Below, one piece after another: positions 52,413 to 62,676 of a stretch of DNA of 64,000 bases (position 1 is the stretch's first letter; each line of letters begins with the position of its first letter). The notes beneath the pieces were generated by a model that was given only the letters and a program-made list of their open reading frames with translations, did not search any database and was not told the DNA's origin. This stretch comes from Macrostomum lignano (lineage: Eukaryota): the NCBI GenBank assembly GCA_002269645.1, contig NIVC01000283.1, positions 310,001 through 374,000 on the forward strand, written 5' to 3'. The position numbers and the translations under genes are program-made.

Positions 52413-52815
52413 CAGACTGACTGACTGACTGACTGACTGACTGACTGACTGACTGACTGACTGACTGACTGACTGACTGACTGACTGACTGACTGACTGA
52501 CTGACTGACTGACTGACTGACTGACTGACTGACTGACTGACTGACTGACTGACTGACTGACTGACTGACTGACTGACTGACTGACTGACTGACTGACTGA
52601 CTGACTGACTGACTGACTGACTGACTGACTGACTGACTGACTGACTGACTGACTGACTGACTGACTGACTGACTGACTGACTGACTGACTGACTGACTGA
52701 CTGACTGACTGACTGACTGACTGACTGACTGACTGACTGACTGACTGACTGACTGACTGACTGACTGACTGACTGACTGACTGACTGACTGACTGACTGA
52801 CTGACTGACTTACTT
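52413..52815. repeat. (GACT)n microsatellite, about 100 units
   Basis: Perfect run. Confidence 0.98.
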
Positions 52816-53492
52816 ACTGATCAGTAGCCCAATTAAGTTAATAAAGTTCCACTCTGTCACGCGCTAAGTTAATCTCACTCATCTAAGATTAAGAAGTGGC
52901 CTACGAACTCCCACTTTTCAAGGCGAGGATCGCGAATAGAGATGAATTAGATAACCAGAAGATAAATAATTAATACCTGGATTAGTCAACCCGTGTGACC
53001 CGAATGCCAATGTGGCGCAGTGCTATCCTGACATATGATATTTTGCTTGCGCTCAAATGGCTAATGATCAGTACCATTTTTTGTGGAACTGCTTCAAAGT
53101 CAGTCAGGTCATCGGGGACGTCAGTAGCCTGATCCATTGCATTCAAGTTTAGAAACTCATGATAAATATCACTAACTAGCCTGCGTATCAAAAACTAACG
53201 AAATTAATCCATTGACTGAACCGATAATCTTGTAGGTAATTGAAATACAAAAATTTTGTTCGTGCTGATTAACCACCCGAAGACTTTAGGGTAATCAGTG
53301 ACCTGACTGAACTAGCAGGGGCTTCGTTTAAACAAAAAAACTAGAGAAATGTTTAATTACAAATATTTTGACCACAAACGTAACAACCTTAGCTTTGAGG
53401 ATATCAAATATTTTCCTACTTAATAGTGAAGTCTGTAAACATCTACAACTTACAACATGGTCTGGAAAATACTCTGCGTAGCCTAAAGTACA

Positions 53493-54990
53493 GCTATCTG
53501 TAGCCCTGTCTGTAAATATCTGTAGCCCTGTCTGTAAATATCTGTAGCCTTGTCTGTAAATATCTGTAGCCATGTCTGTAAATGTTTGTAGCCATGTCTG
53601 TAAATATCTGTAGCCTTGTCTGTAAATATCTGTAACCCTGTCTGTAAATATCTGTAGCTATGTCTGTAAATATCAGTAGCTATGTCTGTAAATATCTGTA
53701 GCCATGTCTGTAAATATCTGTAGCCCTGTCTGTAAATATCTGTAGCCATGTCTGTAAATATCTGTAACCCTGTCTATAAATATTTGTAGCTATGTCTGTA
53801 AATATCTGTAGCCCTGTCTGTAGATATCTGTAGCCCTGTCTGTAAATATCAGTAGCTATGTCTGTAAATATCTGTAGCCCTGTCTGTAAATATCTGTAGC
53901 CATGTCTGTAAATATCTGTAACCCTGTCTGTAAATATTTGTAGCCCTGTCTGTAAATATCTGTAGCTATGTCTGTAAATATCAGTAGCTATGTCTGTAAA
54001 TATCTGTAGCCCTGTCTGTAAATATCTGTAGCTATGTCTGTAAATATCTGTAGCTATGTCTGTAAATATCTGTAGCTATGTCTGTAAATATCTGTAGCTA
54101 TGTCTGTAAATATCTGTAGCCTTGTCTGTAAATATCTGTAGCCTTGTCTGTAAATATCTGTAGCTATGTCTGTCAATATCTGTAGCCTTGTCTGTAAATA
54201 TCTGTAGCCTTGTCTGTAGATATCTGTAGCCATGTCTGTAAATATCTGTAGCCCTGTCTGTAAATATCTGTAGCTATGTCTGTAAATATCTGTAGCTATG
54301 TCTGTAAATATCTGTAGCCTTGTCTGTAAATATCTGTAGCCTTGTCTGTAAATATCTGTAGCTATGTCTGTCAATATCTGTAGCCTTGTCTGTAAATATC
54401 TGTAGCCTTGTCTGTAGATATCTGTAGCCATGTCTGTAAATATCTGTAGCCATGTCTGTAAATATCTGTAACCCTGTCTGTAAATATTTGTAGCCCTGTC
54501 TGTAAATATCTGTAGCTATGTCTGTAAATATCAGTAGCTATGTCTGTAAATATCTGTAGCCCTGTCTGTAAATATCTGTAGCTATGTCTGTAAATATCTG
54601 TAGCTATGTCTGTAAATATCTGTAGCTATGTCTGTAAATATCTGTAGCTATGTCTGTAAATATCTGTAGCTATGTCTGTAAATATCTGTAGCTATGTCTG
54701 TAAATATCTGTAGCTATGTCTGTAAATATCTGTAGCTATGTCTGTAAATATCTGTAGCTATGTCTGTAAATATCTGTAGCTATGTCTGTAAATATCTGTA
54801 GCCTTGTCTCTAAATATCTGTAGCCCTGTCTGTAAGTATCTGTAGCCCTGTCTGTAAATATCTGTAGCTATGTCTGTAAGTATCTGTAGCCCTGTCTGTA
54901 AATATCTGTAGCTATGTCTGTAAATATCTGTAGCCTTGTCTGTAAATATCTGTAGCTATGTCTGTAAATATGTTAGCCTGTCTGTAAACA
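53493..54990. repeat. 21-bp minisatellite (TGTCTGTAAATATCTGTAGCY)n
   Basis: About 70 units. Confidence 0.96.
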
Positions 54991-55880
54991 TTTTTAGCTT
55001 TGTCTGAATATAGCTAAACCAAGTATAATCAAATTTTAACTACAGTTTAGAGTAAATACCTGATATGACAACAGGACTAAGTATCGATATTATTTCCCAG
55101 AAAATTTGTTCGCACTCTTTCTACCAAAAATAAAAGCTCCATATTCCACTTACTATTTTCCATACTTTAATAAAATAATTAACTTGGATACTCTGAAAGC
55201 ACTGGTCACTCCTGGTCACTCGGGCGAAAAAATAATTGCCTTAAAAAATGCTTGTTGACCGGCAGGCCCAGACTTATCAGGCAGCGACAGCCCCCCCGAC
55301 GCTTCATCAGTTACGCCAGGCTGGGCCCGCGTGAAAATCCGGCACCTCCATCCCGGAACTCCCACACAACACGCTCTGAATCCCCTTTAAGCCACCAAAT
55401 GACACTCGCTCTGGCACTTGTACCTATCTCAGCAGAACTAGCGAATCAACTTTGACAGTTCCACGCTCAGCGAAGTGTGTGTGTGAGTGCGTGTGTTGTC
55501 TGAGCTCATTCTTTCTGGAGTGTGACGCCTAAAAAACGTGACAGATATTGGGGCGGCAGGCAATGTGTTTCTTGGCTCAGCTGAAAAATCTCGTTTCTAA
55601 GTGGCACGATGTTGATGGCTGGCAGGAAAACGCCGGCCTTCTCATCACGACTGAAATCATTTCATTGTGGCTAATGCCAGATGGCTTGACAACGCAAAGT
55701 ATTCTTCTGGCAGCAGCAGTTTTGAGGCTTTATTTTGATTGCTATTGGATACTGTCTGTCAAAGACGCAAATTGGTTGCTAGGGTGCCAGAGTGTGAGTC
55801 ATTTTGGTTGCTAGGATACTCATAAAGCTGCTTACAGGGTTGCTAAGGTACTCTAAAATACGTTCTAAGGTTACTATTTG

Positions 55881-56170
55881 GGGGTTGTAGCCTAGTGGTT
55901 AGAGCGTTGGACTCGCGACTGGAAGGTCGGGGGTTCGATTCTCGATCCAACTTGGAACAATTTGTGTCTTTGAGCAAGAAACTTAACTCTGCATTGATTC
56001 AGTTCTGCACCCAGCTGTAAAATGGGTGCCAGCATTAGCTGGGGTAATTGAGGGTGTGTGTGCCGACCCCCCCCCCCCAGTTCTTGGACTGAACAGCCGT
56101 ACGCAGCCTTCAGATGCGCCGCGCAATAGCTGCGGCTGAGCTGTCGGTTGCACATATGGCCCAATTGGGT
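55881..56170 (+). mobile_element. tRNA-derived SINE, copy C (most complete): tRNA head, CORE/Meta-like centre, structured tail
   Basis: GTAGCCTAGTGGTTAGAGCG...GGTTCGATTC head; central TTGAGCAAGAAACTTAACTC...TCAGTT...CTGTAAAATGGG resembles the MIR CORE (TTGGGCAAGTTACTTAAC...CTCAGTTTCC...CTGTAAAATGGG). Confidence 0.9.
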
Positions 56171-56212
56171 CTGGTGGTTGCTAAGGCCCTACCACCACCA
56201 CTGTCGAAGACG

Positions 56213-56800
56213 CCACTTGGTTGCTAGAGTACTGTCAAAGACGCCACTTGATTGCAAGGGTACTGTCAAAGACGCCATTTGATTGCAAGGGTACTGTCAA
56301 AGACGCCACTTGGTTGCTAGGGTACTGTTACAGACACCCACTTGGTTGCTAGGGGTACTGTTACACAGGGGCGTAGCCAGAGGGGGGGCAAGGGGGGCCG
56401 TGGCCCCCCCATCACCAACTCTGGCCTAAGTGCCCCCCCCCCCCTATAAGAAACAGTGTTACAGACACCCACTTGGTTGCTAGGGTACTTTTAAAGACTC
56501 CCATTGGTTGCTAGGGTACTGTCAACGACGTCACTTGGTTGCTAGGGTACTGTCAAAGACGCCACTTGATTGCAAGGGTACTGTCAAAGACGCCACTTGG
56601 TTGCTAGGGTACTGTTACAGACACCCACTTGGTTGCTAGGGTACTGTTAAAGACTCCCATTGGTTGCTAGGGTATTGTCAACGACGTCACTTGGTTGCTA
56701 GGGTACTGTCAACGACGTCACTTGGTTGCTAAGGGCACTGTCAACGACGCCACCTGGTTGCTAAGGGCACTGTCAACGACGCCACTTGGTTGCTAAGTTG
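56213..56800. repeat. 32/33-bp minisatellite (CTTGGTTGCTAGGGTACTGTCAAAGACGCCA-like)n
   Basis: About 15 units, interrupted by a 91-bp insertion; degenerate copies also at 55770-55850. Confidence 0.92.
56366..56456. mobile_element. 91-bp insertion beginning CAGGGGCGTAGCCAG (MITE left-end-like), flanked by 7-bp direct repeat TGTTACA
   Basis: TGTTACA at 56359-56365 and 56457-56463; removing the insert and one copy restores a repeat unit. Confidence 0.65.
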
Positions 56801-56899
56801 CCAGAGTGACTCACCTCGCTAGCGGCCAGCAATGGAGTTACGGGTTTTAATATTTTCTAAGAATCGCCCACCTAAAATTTCAAAACGGCGCCAATCCAG

Positions 56900-57066
56900 G
56901 AATCGTGGCCGGAGCGGACCCGGACGTGGCCAGGCAGATCCGGCTGTCTCTGCTGCGCTACCTCAACCTGGGCTGGATTCTCGTCATGCGCAAGATTTCC
57001 GACAAAATCGCCAAGCGCTTCCGACCCGAGGGGTTGAAAAATCAAAAGGAGAAAAGCATCAGAGAG
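56900..57066 (+). CDS. BEST: Bestrophin exon 2
   Basis: Acceptor CCAATCCAG|GA (phase 1); GIVAGADPDVARQIRLSLLRYLNLGWILVMRKISDKIAKRFRPEG...IRE; donor GAG|GTGAGC. Confidence 0.92.
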
Positions 57067-57289
57067 GTGAGCCAGAATTTCGGCTTTTTTCTGCTGCTTT
57101 TCTGTTCAGTTTTATGCCTGTGCAGATGTGTATCCTTATGATTCTTTTTAATTGCTTTTATCTAATCTGCATGTCATGTCTAATGCCACTGTATTAATCT
57201 CTACTTAGACCCATATTCTCTCAGTCAATTTTTAAAACTTTCATCCTAACTTACCTCATTCCATTTTATATTGTCGCAACTCATCTAAT

Positions 57290-58030
57290 CGCATCTCCAT
57301 CTCATCTTATCTCATCTTATCTCATTTCATTTCATCTCATCTCATCTCATATCTCGTCTCATCTTCATCTCCATCCCCTCTTCCATTTCCATTTCCGTCT
57401 TTAATTATCTAATCTCATCTTATCTCATCTCATCTCATTACATTCCATCTCATCTCATCTCATCACGTATCGTTTTATCTCATCTCATCTCATCTCATCT
57501 CATCTCATCTCATTTCATCTCATCTCATCTCATCTCATCACGTATCGTTTTATCTCATCTCATCTCATCTCATCTCATCTCATCTCATCTCATCTCATCT
57601 CATCTCATCTCATCTCATCTCATCTCATCTCATCTCATCTCATCTCATCTCATCTCATCTCATCTCATCTCATCTCATCTCATCTCATCTCATCTCATCT
57701 CATCTCATCTCATCTCATCTCATCTCATCTCATCTCATCACGTATCGTTTTATCTCATCTCATCTCATCGCATCTCATCTCATTTCATCTCATCTCATCT
57801 CATATCTCGTCTCATCTTCATCTCCATCTCCTCTTCCATTTCCATTTCCGTCTTTAATTATCTAATCTAATCTTATCTCATCTCATTATATTCCATCTCA
57901 TCTCATCTCATCACGTATCGTTTTATCTCATCTCATCTCATCTCATCTTATCTCATCTCATTATATTCCATCTCATCTCATCTCATCTCATCTTATTTCA
58001 TCTTATCCTGTCTCATCTTATCTCATCCCG
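57290..58030. repeat. (CATCT)n pentamer array containing a ~450-bp internal duplication
   Basis: The unique segment TCCATTTCCATTTCCGTCTTTAATTATCTAATC is present twice. Confidence 0.92.
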
Positions 58031-58269
58031 TCCAAGCGAATCTAATCTACAAATAATCGCTTTTAATGTCATCTCGTCTTACCTCATCCTATTTCTCATC
58101 TAATCTCATCTAAACTTAATAATACGCTCGTAACTAATCTGTTATGACTCATTTTAACTTATATTCTGTATCACTAATCTTATCTAATCTAAGAAATCTA
58201 GTCTAAGCTACAAGCAAGCCCTTTATTTCAGTGAAGAATCTTAAAAAACATTTACAATCGCAAACTCAG

Positions 58270-58503
58270 GTCCTGACCAACCTGAACTCCGACCCTGTGG
58301 TGCACCAGAACTTCACCAAGATCATTACGCAATCGGAAATCAGCGCATTCGAACGTGTCGCAAACCAATTTGAGGCCACGTACAAGAAGGAGTACGAGTG
58401 CGAGTACTGGGTGCCCCTGCTGTGGGCATCTCGCCTGATTAAAAAGGCCTTTCTGCACGGCTACATTCCAGATCCCAGGAGCATGATGTACCTGCTGGAA
58501 GAG
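58270..58503 (+). CDS. BEST: Bestrophin exon 3
   Basis: Acceptor CAAACTCAG|GTC (phase 0; exact 5' boundary less certain); ...IITQSEISAFE...EYWVPLLWASRLIKKAFLHGYIPDPRSMMYLLEE; donor GAG|GTGGGA. Confidence 0.88.
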
Positions 58504-58511
58504 GTGGGATT

Positions 58512-58745
58512 CTGATTGGCTGCCTGTAGATGGTTGCTTGATTCCCATTGGCTGTCTGAAGATGTTTGCTTGATTCTGATTGGCTGCCTGTAGATGGTTG
58601 CTTGATTCCCATTGGCTGTCTGAAGATGTTTGCTTGATTCTGATTGGCTGCCTGTAGATAATTGCTTAATTCTGATTGGCTGCCTGTAGATGGTTGCTTG
58701 GTTTTGATTGGCTGGCTGATGCATGACTGCTTGATGCTAATTGGC
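58512..58745. repeat. 32-bp x2 (64-bp dimeric) ATTGG-containing repeat starting right after the exon 3 donor
   Basis: Alternating TTGATTCTGATTGGCTGCC / TTGATTCCCATTGGCTGTC units. Confidence 0.85.
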
Positions 58746-59311
58746 TGGCTAGTTCACTCTCATTTAATCCTTATTTTGAAAAGCTAAAAGCTGAGAATCT
58801 GAGTTCTCAAGGAAAATTGAATGAGAATAATTAAAAAAATATTCTGCAGCTTGAGGTACTGCCTCCATTGGCTGCGGCCCCTGCTACTGTTTTACTGACT
58901 CAGTAAAAAATTTGTGTCTTTCTCTTGTTGTTCATCGATCCAAGAGAGGCCCCGAAATTTTCTGTCAAAAAAGATTAGTTTTTTTAAATCTATATAAGCG
59001 GGGTTATAGGGGGGGGGGTAATTAGCCAAATTAGCGTCTCATTCTTCGATTACTTTTAATCACTTTGCTATTTATAAACGGCAGCTACCGTGTGGGCAGT
59101 TCATATGAAGCACCCAGGCCATGCAACTATGAGGCCAAAAAAGTCTGACTGCGAGAGACATGCAAAAAATGAAAGCTGAAACAATGGGTTGCCCGGTTTG
59201 GCATGAAAGCCAGCTGCCAATCAAATGTGCTCAGCTTTTTTCCACTTTTAATTGGCTCTCCGTCTAAAGCAGTTTCATTCAATCATTATTTGTTATAATT
59301 GTTCCACTCAG

Positions 59312-59386
59312 ATGGACAAAGTGCGCCACCAGATGCACACGCTGGTCATCTACAATGACGTCATGATCCCTCTGGTCTACACTCAG
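59312..59386 (+). CDS. BEST: Bestrophin exon 4
   Basis: Acceptor CCACTCAG|ATG; MDKVRHQMHTLVIYNDVMIPLVYTQ (IPLVYTQ motif); donor CAG|GTACTC. Confidence 0.95.
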
Positions 59387-59467
59387 GTACTCCAATACCA
59401 GAATCTCTTCTTATGCAGCCGTACCTGTGTCTAACCAATTATCTAACACCTGTCTAACCAATTTCAG

Positions 59468-59740
59468 GTGGTGATCATCGCAGTGTACTCCTACTTCCTG
59501 CTCCAGCTGTTCTCAGCTCAGTTCATCAAACCCTCAGCTGAAGACTCGAACACCAACAACAGCAGCAGCTGCTGCTGCACCAACCAGGATGTTGGCATTG
59601 ACTTCTTCGTGCCCATATTCACCATTTTCCAGTTCCTGTTCCTGATGGGCTGGCTCAAGGTAGCCATGTGCGTCATGAACCCCTTCGGCGATGACGATGA
59701 GGACTTCGAGACTTCGGAGATTCTGGACTACAACTTGGAG
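59468..59740 (+). CDS. BEST: Bestrophin exon 5
   Basis: After an 81-nt intron; VVIIAVYSYF...AQF...DFFVPIFTIFQFLFLMGWLKVAMCVMNPFGDDDEDFETSEILDYNLE (Ca2+-clasp motif); donor GAG|GTCATT. Confidence 0.95.
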
Positions 59741-60017
59741 GTCATTCATTGAATTGCCTTTGCCTTTCTAATCGTATTGCTAGCTTGAGTTGTACCGAGA
59801 AAATCTGCTTCATTAACGAGATGCCTGTGCCCCAATTGCTGAGTTCATTAGCCTGAGCTCAGAATTGCACTTGAGTTCAGTGTCTGTCCATTGATTAAGA
59901 TCCTAACGAACTCTTAACTATTTTTGGGTCTCAGTTGTGGGTGGATGAGTTCATAATTATTAATATAAATATTACGAGTACTTTTCAAACAGTTCCAGTT
60001 CCCTTCGAACAGATAGA

Positions 60018-60352
60018 GCTCCTGAATCTCACAGATCAAGCTCCTGAATCTCACAGATCAAGTTGCTGAATCTCACAGATCAAGCTCCTGAATCTCACAG
60101 ATCAAGTTGCTGAATCTCACAGATCAAGCTGCTGAATCTCACAGATCAAACTCCTGAATCTCACACTCACAGATCAAGCTCTTGAATCTCACAGATCAAG
60201 TTGCTGAATCTCACAGATCAAGCTGCTGAATCTCACAGATCAAACTCCTGAATCTCACACTCACAGATCAAACTCCTGAATCTCAGAGATCAAACTCCTG
60301 AATCTCACAGATCAAACTCCTGAATCTCACAGATCAAACTCCTGAATCTCAC
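60018..60352. repeat. 22-bp minisatellite (TCCTGAATCTCACAGATCAAGC)n ending just before the exon 6 acceptor
   Basis: About 15 units. Confidence 0.93.
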
Positions 60353-60375
60353 GTAACCTGTACCTGTCGACCCAG

Positions 60376-61059
60376 ATCTCGCGCCGGTCGGCGTCCGCGG
60401 ACGAGCTGATGTTCCCGCACGACTTCCAGCTGCCCAAACTGCAGACCAAGGCGCAACCAGGCGCTGAGGAGGACAATTTTCCAGACTTTCTGGCTCGAAT
60501 GGCGGTTGAAATGGACCGTCGGAGGCGGGAGCTGCTGATAGACGAGGACATGTCCGACGGACTTCTCGGCGGCAAGAAACGCGGCGTCGGCGGCATCAAC
60601 TGCTGCTGGTCTGTCAAAGACGAATCGTTTGTAAAGAGTTACAGCCGCGAGATGGCGCCTCGGTCTGTGCAGGTTGTCACAAACCGATCGGCTGCCGCGT
60701 CTGACAAGCAGCAGCAGCAAAACTCCAACCGGAGGCAGCGAAAGAAGCAACGACAACAGCAGCAACAGCAGCAGCAGCAGCAGCGATTCGTCGAGGTGCC
60801 AAACGACGACGAGCCAGCCGACGAGCTTCGGGACCACGAAGCAGGACAATATCTGGCCATGAACAATTACGCCAGAAGCTCCCACAGTGCTGACAACAGT
60901 CCCTACCTGCTGCATCACCATCCGCCTGTTCAGCAGCACCGCCTACCGCCGAGTGGTCAAGTTGGTCCAGAGAGGCAGGGCTTGAATCACAGCGAAGATT
61001 TGGACAGCGCTGACTACCGGTGGGAGCGGCTTGGCATGCTGAGAGAGGGCAGAGTCTGA
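60376..61059 (+). CDS. BEST: Bestrophin exon 6 (C-terminal tail with polyQ)
   Basis: Acceptor GACCCAG|ATC, phase 0; ISRRSASADELMFPHDFQLP...stop at 61057-61059. Six exons total 1767 nt (588 aa). Confidence 0.88.
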   Translation: MSRRSASADELMFPHDFQLPKLQTKAQPGAEEDNFPDFLARMAVEMDRRRRELLIDEDMSDGLLGGKKRGVGGINCCWSVKDESFVKSYSREMAPRSVQVVTNRSAAASDKQQQQNSNRRQRKKQRQQQQQQQQQQRFVEVPNDDEPADELRDHEAGQYLAMNNYARSSHSADNSPYLLHHHPPVQQHRLPPSGQVGPERQGLNHSEDLDSADYRWERLGMLREGRV

Positions 61060-62676
61060 GAAGCCTTAAAACTACTTTTTTCTTACAAATTGAATCTTTA
61101 GCAGGCAAAAAATGAGTCTCACATATTATTGTTGCACTTTACTGTCATAATTAACAAATAAAAAATTAAGACTATTAAGGTTTGTTTAATTTTTGACGAT
61201 ATAAAGCCATTTTTAATATTAGTTCCACTGAAAAAACTCGACCCCTGCTGCCACAATGGAATTGAATCGCGATTCGTGTCCGTTAAGTTGCGCGCCGCTT
61301 GCAGATTTTAATTTCCCAGTTTTTTGTCCATGCATCATATTTCAAACATTCTACAATATTTAAAAAATGTGTTATAGTATCTTAATGGCGATATTTTTGT
61401 TGTTGTGTTTAATATTTCTTCCTAGTCTTGTTATTCTATACAAACGTATATTAATTCACCCTAGCCCCGTACCGTAAACAATGAAGCATTGAAGCCGTTA
61501 GTCTAAAGGGTTACATTAGTCTCACTTGTTAATTTTTACAATTAAATAAATTACCACATAGAAGATATAGATCGAAAGAAAAGTTTATAAATTTCCGGGT
61601 TTTAAAACCCACTATTGATCGATTTCAATAAGCTGCTTTGTCGTTAAAAATATATTTAACAAATAACAGATTGGGACTTAGTTGCTACAATGAAAGTTCT
61701 AAATGAATTTAAATTTCATCAACATTTTTGTCGCGAAAAAGTCTGTTCACGCGTTTATTCACTGATGTACACACAATATTATTTAAAACTGTACATTATT
61801 TTTTTCTGCAAAATTTTTGAGAATAAGTTTTTGACACAGTGATAACTAAATGTTGAAATATACCAGTATGAATAACTATATAACCTTTTTCTCTGAAGTC
61901 TTTAATATAGTCCAGTTTAAAAAACGAACCCTTTTATTGTGTTTTATTTTACTTTTGTGCACATCTCTTAGCTCGAAATAAAGATTTTTTTCATCAAACG
62001 AACTCGAAACAAAAACAGGCAAGCAGTTATGATATACGACAAATTTATTTATTTTTCAGATACATGGCGCGAAAATGTACATTCAAGCCGTCCGCGTCAG
62101 GCATGTAGACTTACATCGAATCCAGGTGCATTTATTTCTACTAAGAGTATGTGCTTAGCACATCGACACCGGAATTTATTGCTGACACTTTCTGTGTTGT
62201 AGTTTTCTAAAAAAGAAACTCTTAAAATCCCCAACCCAATTTGGAATCACTCAGATAAGAGCGAAGATCAGAGACGATCTTATTTAAAAAAGTTAACATA
62301 AAAAACTGAGAAAGTTATTTTCTTCGCCCAAAGCGCGAATTCAAATTAAGTAAAACCTACTGCGCGAGCTACGTTTTGAATTTGACTGTTGGAAAATTCT
62401 AATTTTCGGTGTGTAATTAGAGGGGCCTGAAGGAATGAGATGAGTGCATGAGGATCCCTGTCTAGAATGCTAAAATACTTTGTTATACTCGTATTTAGTA
62501 CCCGATGAAACAAAAACTTGCCTGCAAATTAAAAATAGTGTTTTCGCCTCGACTTGCTTACATGTGCGTTAAACATTTGTATTTGTGCTATACATCTTGG
62601 AATGTAATAAATTTAGTGAAACCTAGCTAGATGATATGGAATGAAATGGCGCTCGAAGTATCTATGTGAAGAAGAG

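Noticed and set aside
55881-55950. tRNA gene-like sequence (also at 46652 and 47217)
   Set aside because: No 3' acceptor-stem pairing, and the sequence continues into a shared SINE body in all three copies; these are SINE heads.
58231-58269. Acceptor TTTATTTCAG at 58231 as the start of bestrophin exon 3
   Set aside because: It gives phase 1, incompatible with the phase-0 donor at 57067, unless an unseen micro-exon exists.
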